A stretch of DNA of 64,000 bases from Rhodospirillaceae bacterium (GTDB lineage: Bacteria > Pseudomonadota > Alphaproteobacteria > UBA8366), in contig PBOR01000031.1 of assembly GCA_002724395.1 (NCBI GenBank), positions 2,196 through 66,195 on the forward strand, read 5' to 3'. Under the pieces are notes generated by a model. It was not told the DNA's origin. It searched no databases and saw nothing but the letters and a program-made list of their open reading frames with translations. How positions within the stretch are numbered: position 1 is the stretch's first letter; each line of letters begins with the position of its first letter. Below are positions 38,333-47,604 of the stretch, one piece after another. The position numbers and the translations under genes were made by a program.

Positions 38333-39208
38333 TTAAGCCGTCTTCAGCGCGTCCAGCATTGCGGCTCCTGCGTCAGATGGTGTGTCGATCATCCGAACGC
38401 CGGCTTTTTCCAGCGCTTCCCTTTTTGATGCGAAGGTACCCTTGTTGCCACTTACGATAGCGCCAGCATGTCCCATTTTCTTGCCCTCTGGGGCAGCTCC
38501 GCCTGCAATAAACGAGACGATTGGTTTCCTCATGGTGGCGGCATATTCAGCAGCATGCTCTTCCATGGATCCGCCAATTTCGCCCAGGATGAAAACAGCC
38601 TTAGTTTTTTGGTCTTCATCAAGGCATTTAAGTGCTTCCCTCGTAGTGGTGCCGATCACTGGATCACCACCAATGCCTATAAATGCCGATTGGCCAAGGC
38701 CCGCTTGGGTGATATTGAGCGAGATTAACGTGCCAAGACTTCCGCTGCGCGAGATCACGCCTACTTCACCTTCACGCATGATGTTTCTGTTGAAGGCAGG
38801 CATGAAGCCGACAAAGCATTCGCCTGGCGTCGCTACGCCCGTGGTGTTAGGTCCGATGATCTGTGTGCCGTTGGCTTTGCCAGCAGAGACAATATACATC
38901 ACATCTTGAACTGGAATATGTTCGGTTAGAATAACCAGTTTCTTGACTCCGGCTTCGATGGCATCAACGGCGCCGGATTTTGCATAAAGCGGTGGCACAA
39001 ATAAGCCTGCCACATCGAAAGGCACGTCTTTCATTGCATCAAACGCATTGTTGAAAACGGGCACGCCGAGATGATCTTGGCCACCTTTCTTTGGTACGAT
39101 TCCACCTACAATGTTGGTGCCGTATTCCTGCATACGTTCGGTCCAAAAGGTGCCTTGCTTGCCAGTAATACCTTGGATCATCACTTTCTCATGTTTGCGG
39201 ACGATCAT
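38333..39208 (-). CDS. succinyl-CoA-synthetase-type acid-CoA ligase (ADP-forming), alpha subunit paralogue
   Basis: VMIQGITGKQG CoA-binding site and the phosphohistidine loop MGHAGAIVSG. The start shares 1 nt with the beta-subunit stop (TAATG). Confidence 0.85.
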   Translation of the reverse strand: MIVRKHEKVMIQGITGKQGTFWTERMQEYGTNIVGGIVPKKGGQDHLGVPVFNNAFDAMKDVPFDVAGLFVPPLYAKSGAVDAIEAGVKKLVILTEHIPVQDVMYIVSAGKANGTQIIGPNTTGVATPGECFVGFMPAFNRNIMREGEVGVISRSGSLGTLISLNITQAGLGQSAFIGIGGDPVIGTTTREALKCLDEDQKTKAVFILGEIGGSMEEHAAEYAATMRKPIVSFIAGGAAPEGKKMGHAGAIVSGNKGTFASKREALEKAGVRMIDTPSDAGAAMLDALKTA

Positions 39209-40353
39209 TATACGACCCCTCCCTCATGTGCCTGAGCCGCATCGACAGCTGCTTTGCAGGCCTGATCCATCGTGTCATAAGGTGAGATATTTAGACGTTC
39301 TTTCAGTAGTTGGCGTGCTTCCTCGTCACCGGTACCGTGTACCGAAAAGAATACAGGCAGTGTGGGCTTTATTTCTTCCCAGGCTGCTACTATGCCTTCA
39401 GCCATAACATCACACCGTGCAAAAGCGCCGCAAAAATTGATTACCAGGCTCTTAACCTTCGGATTAGATAGAACTAGCTCAAGCGCTGGTTTACCCTTGG
39501 TATAAGCTTCTCCCCCGATTTCCATGAAGTTCGCCGGAACTCCGCCAAAATATTTGACCACATCCATAGTCGTCATTGTGAGGCCCGCACCATTAGCCAG
39601 GATGCCTACGGTACCTTCGAGTTCGATATATTTGAGGCCCAGTTCCTTGCCACGCTTTTCAAGCTCTGTGGTTTTATCTGGCGTGCCGGTCTGAGCTTTT
39701 TCGGGATGCCGGACTACGGCTGAATCGTCCATAGAGAATTTGCAATCTAGGGCGATAACTTTGTCATCTTTGGTGAGCACTAGCGGATTGATTTCTAAAA
39801 GCTCTGCATCATTTTCCAAGAAGGCATTGTAGAGTTTGACCATGGTATCAGCGACAGGCATGCTCATAGTGCCGAGATTCAGATCACCGAGGATCCGAAT
39901 TGCTGCGGCTAGGTCTAAACCTTGGCGAATATCGATTGGTTGGCGCCGTACCTGTTTGGGGTCCTGTTCCGCTGCTTCTTCTATGTCCATACCGCCCAAT
40001 GTAGAAAATAAAATTATGGGGCCACGTGATTCCGAATCATTCAAAATAGCGAGGTAAAGTTCCTGGGCGATGGGCGCTTGCTCTTCGACCAACACTTTCT
40101 CGACCGTATGCGCGTCAATGGTCATGCCAATTATTTTTTTAGCCATTGCCCTGGCTTCATCTCCGTCCTGAGCAAGCTTAATGCCGCCCGCCTTGCCGCG
40201 TTTGCCTGTTGGCACCTGTGCCTTGATGACACAGGGTCCGATCTGATCCGCCGCCGCTGCCGCCTCGTCAGCTGTTTTTGCAATAATGCCTTTTGGTATG
40301 TTGATGCCCGCGGCCGCAAGTAATGGCTTAGCGGCGAATTCTTCAAAATTCAT
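39208..40353 (-). CDS. succinyl-CoA-synthetase-type acid-CoA ligase (ADP-forming), beta subunit paralogue
   Basis: ATP-grasp N-terminus MNFEEFAAKPLLAAAGINIPKG, VIKAQVPTGKRGKAGGIKL, NGAGLTMTTMD. Confidence 0.85.
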   Translation of the reverse strand: MNFEEFAAKPLLAAAGINIPKGIIAKTADEAAAAADQIGPCVIKAQVPTGKRGKAGGIKLAQDGDEARAMAKKIIGMTIDAHTVEKVLVEEQAPIAQELYLAILNDSESRGPIILFSTLGGMDIEEAAEQDPKQVRRQPIDIRQGLDLAAAIRILGDLNLGTMSMPVADTMVKLYNAFLENDAELLEINPLVLTKDDKVIALDCKFSMDDSAVVRHPEKAQTGTPDKTTELEKRGKELGLKYIELEGTVGILANGAGLTMTTMDVVKYFGGVPANFMEIGGEAYTKGKPALELVLSNPKVKSLVINFCGAFARCDVMAEGIVAAWEEIKPTLPVFFSVHGTGDEEARQLLKERLNISPYDTMDQACKAAVDAAQAHEGGVV

Positions 40354-40374
40354 CGGTGACCTACTTTTATGTGA

Positions 40375-41799
40375 TTATTTGCCGTACTTTTCCCAGTGAG
40401 CACCGAATAGGTCCTCTTCACTAGGCTTGTCCTCGGGAATAGTTTTTACCAAATGGGTAATATTGATGAAATGGTGATAGCCAAGGTTCTCGCTGATTGA
40501 GTTTCCTGCCCAAGTCCCGCAGCCCATGGTTAGAGTAAATCCGAGGCCATTGTCGAAACTGCCACCATTTCCAAAGGTGTGGGCTTGGTTGACGAGAACA
40601 CGGACGACATCAAGGCGCTCCGCCAGAATCTGCGCGTTCGCTGGGTGTTTAGTGTGTATCCCTACGGAATGGCCCATGCCCTGGAAGTTGAGGACGTCTT
40701 GCACTTGATCCATGGCAGCTTCGATTGAAGGAGCTCGATAAATTGTGAGCGCAAGAGACAGCTTTTCGCCGGACAATGGTCGGTCTTTACCCGCGCCTTC
40801 ATCTTCCACCATGAAGAATTTAGCTTGTTTTGCTAGTTCCGGCAGGCCGCAGACATCCGCGAACACATCGGGGTCCTTGGCCAAGACATGGCGATTAAGG
40901 TGCCCGTCGACCCAAAGATTATTGAGAATTGCTTCCTTGTCTTCAGATGTGCACATGTAGCCGCCGACATTCTTCATGGCAGTGATGGCATCATCATAAA
41001 TATCGTCCAAAATGGTGACAGAGTTTTCTGAGGAACAAGAGGTGGCGTTATCAAAACATTTAGACGCCATGATTTTCTGTGCGGCATCGTCTAGATCGGC
41101 GCTTGAATCGATGATGACTGGGACATTACCTGCGCCAACGCCAATCGCGGGTGTGCCGCTCTTATAGGCGTTTCGGACGTTATTCTGGGAGCCGGTGACG
41201 ACAACCAAATCGCTTTCTTCCATAAGCTTGTTGGTGAGTGATTTGGAGATTGGTGCAGGCAGAATTTGTACAAGATCGGCGGGTAGTCCGATTTTCTCCA
41301 GTTCATCGCGCATCAGTTTGACCACGCGACTTGTCGCCTTGAAACCAGCGGGTGAAGGGGCAATGACTACAGCGTTGCGACCTTTAATTGCCATCATACT
41401 TTTGTTGACTGGGGTGGCGCATGGGTTGGTCGATGGCACAACTGCGCCGACAACCCCGACTGGCTTAGCGTATTTGACTAGGCCTTTTCCAGGGATTTCT
41501 TCAATGATACCGACTGACTTTACCCGCATTAGATCGCGCAGGGTGCCGAAATTCTTGCGCTGATTTTTAGTAATTTTATCATCAATATTGCCAAGCCCCG
41601 TGCCTTCTACAGCTAGTTTAGCAGTTTCACGGGCATGCTCTGGCTTATAGATTGACCAGCAAAGGGCGGTTACAGCTTCATCGACGCGGGCTTGGTCTGC
41701 ACTTGCAAATTGTGCCATGGCGCGACGGCCATTTATCATCAATTCATCGATGATAGATGCGTCGTCTCTTTCGGTGGCGGATTGCTGAGCTTGGCTCAT
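40375..41799 (-). CDS. CoA-acylating aldehyde dehydrogenase (acyl-CoA reductase type; candidate sulfoacetaldehyde dehydrogenase)
   Basis: ALDH fold without the hydrolytic Glu context, with the catalytic Cys in NATSCSSENS. About 475 aa, like SucD(Ck)/EutE/SauS-type enzymes. GGGAGA RBS lies before the ATG at 41799 (alternative ATG at 41823). Confidence 0.78.
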   Translation of the reverse strand: MSQAQQSATERDDASIIDELMINGRRAMAQFASADQARVDEAVTALCWSIYKPEHARETAKLAVEGTGLGNIDDKITKNQRKNFGTLRDLMRVKSVGIIEEIPGKGLVKYAKPVGVVGAVVPSTNPCATPVNKSMMAIKGRNAVVIAPSPAGFKATSRVVKLMRDELEKIGLPADLVQILPAPISKSLTNKLMEESDLVVVTGSQNNVRNAYKSGTPAIGVGAGNVPVIIDSSADLDDAAQKIMASKCFDNATSCSSENSVTILDDIYDDAITAMKNVGGYMCTSEDKEAILNNLWVDGHLNRHVLAKDPDVFADVCGLPELAKQAKFFMVEDEGAGKDRPLSGEKLSLALTIYRAPSIEAAMDQVQDVLNFQGMGHSVGIHTKHPANAQILAERLDVVRVLVNQAHTFGNGGSFDNGLGFTLTMGCGTWAGNSISENLGYHHFINITHLVKTIPEDKPSEEDLFGAHWEKYGK

Positions 41800-41877
41800 A
41801 AATTTTCTCCCTAATGAATTCATTGAACTATAGGCTAATAAACAGCTAAAAAAAACTATTTCGGAAAAATTGTCCTA

Positions 41878-41932
41878 TTAAATGAGATATTGAATAATTA
41901 TGATCAGTTATATTGTTCAATATCTCATTTAA
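41878..41932. promoter_or_regulatory. perfect 17-bp inverted repeat (candidate operator) in the divergent ALDH/xsc intergenic region
   Basis: TTAAATGAGATATTGAA (41878-41894) and its exact reverse complement TTCAATATCTCATTTAA (41916-41932), with a 21-nt spacer containing the palindrome TGATCA. Confidence 0.4.
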
Positions 41933-42109
41933 CGGGATAATCCATTTTGTTAATTGAAGAATTTTTTATTTTGCATTATGCCTATTCATACTAGGTCGCA
42001 ATTCACCAAATCGTTACTGCTGTGAACACGAAGTAGACGAAACGGGCGACAAGTGCCGTCTCATGGGCTAGATATTACAAAACACTAACGTTAAGGGGAG
42101 GTTTCGCAG

Positions 42110-43882
42110 ATGACCCAAATGACAACAGAAGAGGCTTTTGTAAAAGTATTGCAACGGCATGGTATCGAGCACGCTTTTGGTATTATTGGTTCAGCAATGA
42201 TGCCGGTATCTGATCTGTTTCCAAAAGCGGGCATAACCTTCTGGGACTGCGCGCATGAGTGCAATGCCGGCATGATGGCTGACGGGTTTACCCGCTCTAG
42301 CGGCAAGATGAGTATGATGATTGCTCAGAACGGACCCGGGATCACGAATTTCGTCACGCCTGTGAAGACTGCCTATTGGAATCACACGCCGCTCCTATTG
42401 GTTACACCGCAAGCGGCCAATAAGACTATGGGACAAGGTGGTTTCCAAGAAATTCCTCAAATGGCCTTGTTTGCGGATATGGTTTGCTACCAAGAAGAAG
42501 TGCGCGACCCGACCCGCGTCGCGGAAGTTCTGAACAGAGTGATTGAAAAAGCATGGCGAGGCAGTGCACCTGCGCAGATTAACGTACCGCGCGATTATTG
42601 GACGCAGGTTATCGATATTGAAATTCCTGAGACTATCAAAATTGAACGGCCTTCGGGCGGTGTGGACGCGATCGCTGATGCGGCAAAACTTTTATCCGAG
42701 GCAAAGTTCCCGGTCATCTTGAATGGTGCTGGAGTGGTATTGAGCGACGGTATTCCAGCGTCTGCTGTACTGGCTGAGAAGCTTAGTGCGCCGGTATGTT
42801 GCGGTTACCAACATAATGATGCTTTCCCTGGCAACCATCCTTTGGCTGCGGGTCCGCTGGGGTATAATGGGTCGAAGGCGGCAATGGAGCTGATTTCGAA
42901 AGCCGATGTGGTGTTAGCTCTTGGAACACGCCTCAATCCGTTCTCTACATTACCGGGCTACGGAATTGATTATTGGCCAAAAGACGCAAAGGTTATTCAG
43001 GTGGATGTTAATTCGGATCGAATAGGGTTGACCAAAAAAGTTACGGTCGCGATCCAGGGCGATGCACGTCAGGTAGCTGAACAGATTAGTAGTTGTCTGT
43101 CCCCAACGGCCGGCGATAGTAATCGTGATGATCGTGAGGCGCTCATACATCAAACCAAATCCGCGTGGCAACAACAATTATCCTCTATGGATCATGAAGA
43201 CGATGACCCTGGCACTACTTGGAATGAGCGCAGTCGTAATCGTGAACCAGACAAAATGTCGCCTCGTATGGCATGGCGCGCTATTCAGGCTTCGCTTCCG
43301 AGAGAAGCTATTATTTCATCTGACATTGGTAATAACTGTGCAATCGGCAATGCTTACCCGAGCTTTGATGAGGGACGGAAATATTTAGCACCGGGCCTTT
43401 TTGGTCCCTGTGGATACGGTTTTCCCGCTATTCTAGGTGCGAAGATTGCCAACTCGGACACACCTGTCGTTGGTTTTGCTGGTGACGGTGCGTTTGGTAT
43501 CTCCATGAATGAGATGACTGCGTGTGGTCGCGACCCATGGCCGCCAATCACCATGATTATTTTCCGCAACTATCAATGGGGCGCAGAGAAACGCAATACT
43601 ACGCTTTGGTATCAAGATAATTTCGTTGGCACAGAACTTGATCTCGATGTCCAGTATGCCAACATCGCAGAAGCGTGTGGCGTCAACGGTGTCCAAGTTA
43701 CGTCAATGCAGGAATTGACCGATCAGTTGGCGGTTGCTGTGGACGTGCAGATGAACAAAAAAGAGACTACGTTTATAGAAGTAATCCTCAACCAGGAATT
43801 GGGCGAACCCTTCCGCCGAGATGCCATGAAGGCACCTGTTGAAGTGGCAGGTATTGATGGGTCAGACATGCGACCACAATAG
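42110..43882 (+). CDS. xsc: sulfoacetaldehyde acetyltransferase (ThDP-dependent)
   Basis: I recognise the N-terminus TTEEAFVKVLQRHGIEHAFGIIGSAMMPVSDLFPKAGITFWDCAHECNAGMMADGF and later QGGFQE...YQEEVRDP as the Xsc signature. ThDP motif FAGDGAFGISMNE. The 590-aa length is longer than generic ALS-like enzymes. GGGGAGG RBS. Confidence 0.85.
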   Translation: MTQMTTEEAFVKVLQRHGIEHAFGIIGSAMMPVSDLFPKAGITFWDCAHECNAGMMADGFTRSSGKMSMMIAQNGPGITNFVTPVKTAYWNHTPLLLVTPQAANKTMGQGGFQEIPQMALFADMVCYQEEVRDPTRVAEVLNRVIEKAWRGSAPAQINVPRDYWTQVIDIEIPETIKIERPSGGVDAIADAAKLLSEAKFPVILNGAGVVLSDGIPASAVLAEKLSAPVCCGYQHNDAFPGNHPLAAGPLGYNGSKAAMELISKADVVLALGTRLNPFSTLPGYGIDYWPKDAKVIQVDVNSDRIGLTKKVTVAIQGDARQVAEQISSCLSPTAGDSNRDDREALIHQTKSAWQQQLSSMDHEDDDPGTTWNERSRNREPDKMSPRMAWRAIQASLPREAIISSDIGNNCAIGNAYPSFDEGRKYLAPGLFGPCGYGFPAILGAKIANSDTPVVGFAGDGAFGISMNEMTACGRDPWPPITMIIFRNYQWGAEKRNTTLWYQDNFVGTELDLDVQYANIAEACGVNGVQVTSMQELTDQLAVAVDVQMNKKETTFIEVILNQELGEPFRRDAMKAPVEVAGIDGSDMRPQ

Positions 43883-43937
43883 TCATAATTAGCGGCCAAT
43901 ATTGTTGAAACGCTGCCGCTTGTTTTAACCTAAATTT

Positions 43938-43972
43938 GGTCCGCCGGCGAAGGTCGGCGGGCCTTTAATTTT
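43938..43972 (+). terminator. rho-independent terminator after xsc
   Basis: A 9-bp GC-rich stem GGTCCGCCG/CGGCGGGCC (one G-U) with an 8-nt loop, followed by TTTAATTTT. Confidence 0.65.
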
Positions 43973-44445
43973 ATGCGTTAGCCAGAATCGTGCCGCTGTA
44001 TAAATGTCTTTCCAGACTTCTATTGAGCTCACTTTTTACGCGATGGCGGCCTTACTCATTCGTTCAATAGTACTTTTTGCCCAGCCTTTGCCTTCTTTCG
44101 AAGAAGCATTATCAATTGCGCGCACCCCAAGAGTTATCCGAAGGCCTTGAGGAGCATTTTTAGGCCTCTCGTAGCTTTTGCCTAATGCATAAATCGAAAT
44201 AATAAAGCGGTTTTGACATCATATTGCCGGCCAAATATGATCGCACATTGAGTGGTCTCCAAAATTATTGCTGCGTCGGTTAGAAATGCAGGAGGAAGAG
44301 ATGGAGATTACTTCACCGCCTTTTTGTTATGGCGAATGGACTACCTTGGAAAACGTATGGCTCGTCTAGAAAACAGACATGGTGCATAGCGATCCATGCA
44401 GAGGTTCGATGTTCCGGTTGCTTTTGAAATTTGAGGAAAATGAAA

Positions 44446-45168
44446 ATGAGTGAACAACCGATGGGAAGTCCCGACGATGCTACAGGCGGAGCGTTGGGTG
44501 GTTTGGTTAGCAAACCTATTAAGCCGACAATCCCCCCGGAAGAACTCGGTAGTATTTCTTTATCCCCGAGCGGATCCTTTGAAGCAGGCTCCTACCAGAC
44601 ATTTAAACTTGTCTACACAGCTGGTAAATTCGGCATCGATGATAGCGGGTCTATGCGTATCTGTTTTCGTTTTGCATCCGATCAAACCCGCCCACAATTT
44701 GATGACCCGAAATGGGCCAATTACACCACGGTGGCTGCTAGCAACAATGCGGTGCTTGAATATAACTACGATCCAAAGGGTAATGTGCGTCCGTGGGATC
44801 GTTGCCTTTATATAAAGGTCGTGAAAGGCTTCTTGCGGGAAGGCGATACCATTACTGTTACATTTGGTGACACAAGCCAAGGCTCGCCTGGTATGCGGCT
44901 GCAAACATTTCTCGAGGATACATTTGAGTTTCACACTTTGGTCGATCCTATCGCGACTTTTAATTATCAGCCGATGCCGGAGCAGCCGGTTATAAACATT
45001 GTTGCCGGACCACCTGAAGATTGGATTGCAGTTCTGCCAACGTTGCGCCGCGTTAATGAATCCTTTGCATTAAAATTTAAAGGTGAGGATAAATGGGGTA
45101 ATCCATCGGATCAGTCTGACGCAACTTTTGAGTTGAGAGCGAGCGCACCAGTCAATGGCTTGCCCTAG
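44446..45168 (+). pseudogene. PHP/DUF3604-like metallohydrolase gene, segment 1 of 3 (N-terminal beta-sandwich-like region), ends at in-frame TAG
   Basis: Same reading frame as the next two segments. GAGGA lies 8 nt before the ATG at 44446. Coding-like sequence continues straight through the TAG at 45166-45168. Confidence 0.55.
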
Positions 45169-45219
45169 ACTATTACGATTAAGCCAGGAGAGGTCACGGT
45201 TAACGTCAGCGAGCTTTCA

Positions 45220-45768
45220 GTGAGTAAGGCCTGTGAAGTGATCATCGATTTAGTGGATGGTGATAATTTTATTGCGGCACAGAGTAATCCGCTCCGCATC
45301 GTGCAAGAATCTGAACTAGTACATTTTTGGGGTGATATGCACGGTCAGTCGGAAGAAACGATTGGCAACAATAGTGCCCGACAGTATTTTGAATTTGCGC
45401 GTGATAAAGCTTTTATTGATGCGACCGGTCATCAAGGTAATGATTTCCAAATCACCAACGAATTTTGGGGCGAACTCGATCGTCTGTCAGCGGAGTTTAA
45501 TGTTGATGGTAGCTTTGTCGTGTTGCCGGGATATGAATGGTCAGGCAATACCGGACTGGGTGGAGATCGCAATGTCTATTTTTCTGAAGAGGGTCGTCAA
45601 ATTCGACGTTCATCTCATGCGCTGGTTGAAGATCAAAGCGACATAGATACGGATTGCAATAGTGCTGCTGAATTATTTGAAGCATTGACCGAGCACAAGG
45701 AATTTGACGTGGTCAGCTATGCTCATTGCGGCGGGCGTTATGCAGATGTGAAACTTGCCCATGACTGA
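45220..45768 (+). pseudogene. PHP/DUF3604-like metallohydrolase gene, segment 2 of 3, ends at in-frame TGA
   Basis: Motifs HFWGDMHGQSEE, LPGYEWSGN, DRNVYF, SYAHCGGRY. There is no SD before the GTG at 45220. The 51 nt upstream back to the TAG are in frame and coding-like. Confidence 0.55.
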
Positions 45769-45783
45769 CATTTTGAAAAATCT

Positions 45784-46779
45784 ATGGAAATTCACTCCTC
45801 TTGGGGAACTTTTGAGTGGCTAGTACAGGATGCTCTCGAGATGGGATATCGCTGCGGCATTGTTTCTAATTCGGATGGGCACAAGGGGCGTCCGGGTGCA
45901 AGTTATCCCGGTGCCTCTTTGTTTGGAGCCGTTGGCGGGCTTACATGCTTTTTGATGCCTGAGCTTTCTCGCAAAGCAATGCTGGATTGTATACGCAAGC
46001 GCCACCACTATGGAACGACCGGTGGACATGGCGGGCGTATGATTATTGATGTGCAGGCTAGTTTTGATAAAGAAGGAACTCTTTATCACGATGATCCTAA
46101 CCTTGGACCAGCTGAGGGCGCGGTAACTCAATCGGCTATCATGGGCGATATTGTGCATTTTCCAGAAGGTGGCGCAAAGTTTTCAGCGGATATCATAGGT
46201 GCGGCACCTATTGAGCGTATCGATATTTTTAATGGGCTCGATCACATAGAAACAATCCGGCCTTATAAAAAAGAAGAACTTGGCAATCGTATTCGTGTGG
46301 TTTGGGAAGGTGCGGAGTATCGGGGCCGGTTCCGCCAGGTGATTTGGGATGGCTCGGCTCAACTGTCAGATAACAAGATAGTCGACGCGTCTCCTATCAA
46401 CTTCTTCAATCGAGATAAGACCCTAGATCGCGTTGGCGATAGCGGTCTTGCATGGCGTGCGCTAACGACCGGCAATATTGGAGGTTTCGATATATGGGTG
46501 GAAGATCCTTATGGCGGTACGCTAAAGCTGGAAACGCCGTTAGTTAAGTGCGGCGTGCCATTGGAAGATATTAGCTATGAAGATGAGGTGTTTGATAATA
46601 GTGGTGTTTTGCCTCGTTTCCTAAAAATTTTTAGACTTCCAACGGAGAACACACATCAGGCATTTAGCTTCGAGCGCGCAATCGAACTAAAAAATCAAGG
46701 TGATAACGCTATTTATATTCGGCTGACACAAGAAGACGGAACGCTTGCTTGGACTAGCCCGATTTACATCTACCGATGA
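45784..46779 (+). pseudogene. PHP/DUF3604-like metallohydrolase gene, segment 3 of 3
   Basis: Motifs MEIHSSWGTFEW, SNSDGHKGRPG, CIRKRHHYGTTGG and the C-terminal AWTSPIYIYR. There is no SD before the ATG at 45784, which lies only 15 nt after the TGA and in the same frame. Confidence 0.55.
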
Positions 46780-47564
46780 ACAAACAACCTTTTGATCTGG
46801 TGCCATTGGCGGAAGGCCGAAGCAGCGTTAAACCGCGTAAGACTGGTCTTACAATGGTAGTTGATTTTGGCGAGCCCATAGAGCACGTAAGTTCGTTATT
46901 GGGAATTGCTGGTCCTTATGTCGATCTTTGGAAAATCGCGGTCGGCTCGTCGAGGCTGTATCAAGAGGATTATTTTTCCCGGAAACTCGAGCTCTTGGAT
47001 AAGCACCAGGCTCGTAGTTTCATTGGTGGTCAGTTTCTGGAATATGTGTTTGCGACACAAGGCTGGCAGGGTGTGAAGCCTTTTCTCGCCGAGGCTAAGC
47101 GGCTTGGAATTAGTGCCATCGAAGTTTCTGATAATTGCGTGCCGCTATCAGATGACGAACGAACGCGACTGATTAAAATGGTTATTGATTTAGGTATTGA
47201 AGTGCATGGTGAAGTTGGTTCGAAGAATTCAAAGCAGGACGTCTCAGAACTGATTGATCAGGCTAATATTTGCATAAATGCTGGTTGTGAGATTGTTTTG
47301 GTTGAAGCGGCCGAATTGGTACTTGACGGAGAAGTGCAGGCCGATTTGGTACAGGCGGTTCAGGACGGAATTGATCCAGCGCACTTGTTGGTGGAACTGA
47401 CTGGCTTTTGGATAAAGGGAACCACAAAGAACGATATATTTGAGATGATGAAGTTTCTCGTATCTACCTTTGGGCCGGACGCTAATATTGCCAATGTGCC
47501 GTCTGATATGGTGATGGTCTTAGAAGGTTTGCGCAATGGTCTTGGTGTCGTCGGACCTTCGTAG
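46776..47564 (+). CDS. phosphosulfolactate synthase (ComA)-family protein
   Basis: Family pattern KPRKTGLTMVVD, GPYVDLWKIAVGSS, IGGQFLEY, GISAIEVSDNCVPLSDDER, HGEVGSKN. The start overlaps the upstream stop (ATGA). Confidence 0.72.
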   Translation: MNKQPFDLVPLAEGRSSVKPRKTGLTMVVDFGEPIEHVSSLLGIAGPYVDLWKIAVGSSRLYQEDYFSRKLELLDKHQARSFIGGQFLEYVFATQGWQGVKPFLAEAKRLGISAIEVSDNCVPLSDDERTRLIKMVIDLGIEVHGEVGSKNSKQDVSELIDQANICINAGCEIVLVEAAELVLDGEVQADLVQAVQDGIDPAHLLVELTGFWIKGTTKNDIFEMMKFLVSTFGPDANIANVPSDMVMVLEGLRNGLGVVGPS

Positions 47565-47604
47565 TGTTTCAAAGCAAGAGTGTGAAAATAAAATAGAGCG
47601 AAAT

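Noticed and set aside
38382-38909. Long antisense or alternative-frame ORFs inside well-supported genes. Examples: 38382-38909, 60786-61262, 47360-47920, 22251-22721, 22676-23146, 24155-24541, 41195-41563, 8077-8641.
   Set aside because: These are shadow ORFs typical of GC-biased codon usage. Their translations are low-complexity (Ser/Arg/Pro/Ala-rich), they lack RBSs, and they overlap genes with clear family signatures.
44036-44218. A 60-codon open frame on the minus strand between xsc and the PHP-like gene (..APQGLRITLGVRAIDNASSKEGKGWAKSTIERMSKAAIA*), possibly a gene remnant.
   Set aside because: There is no in-frame start codon near its 5' end, no RBS and no family that I recognise. The evidence is insufficient to call it a remnant.
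45766-45768. The in-frame TGA in the PHP-like gene as a selenocysteine codon (the window also encodes SelU, so selenium is used by this organism).
   Set aside because: SelU only implies selenophosphate use for tRNA modification, not Sec insertion. The other interruption is a TAG, which Sec cannot explain. By eye I see no convincing SECIS-like stem-loop in the ~40 nt downstream. It remains testable by checking whether orthologues have Cys at this position.
44431-46779. Alternative genetic code (reassigned TGA/TAG) to explain the in-frame stops.
   Set aside because: About 55 other genes in the window terminate normally at TGA/TAG/TAA and contain no internal stops, so a global reassignment is not supported.
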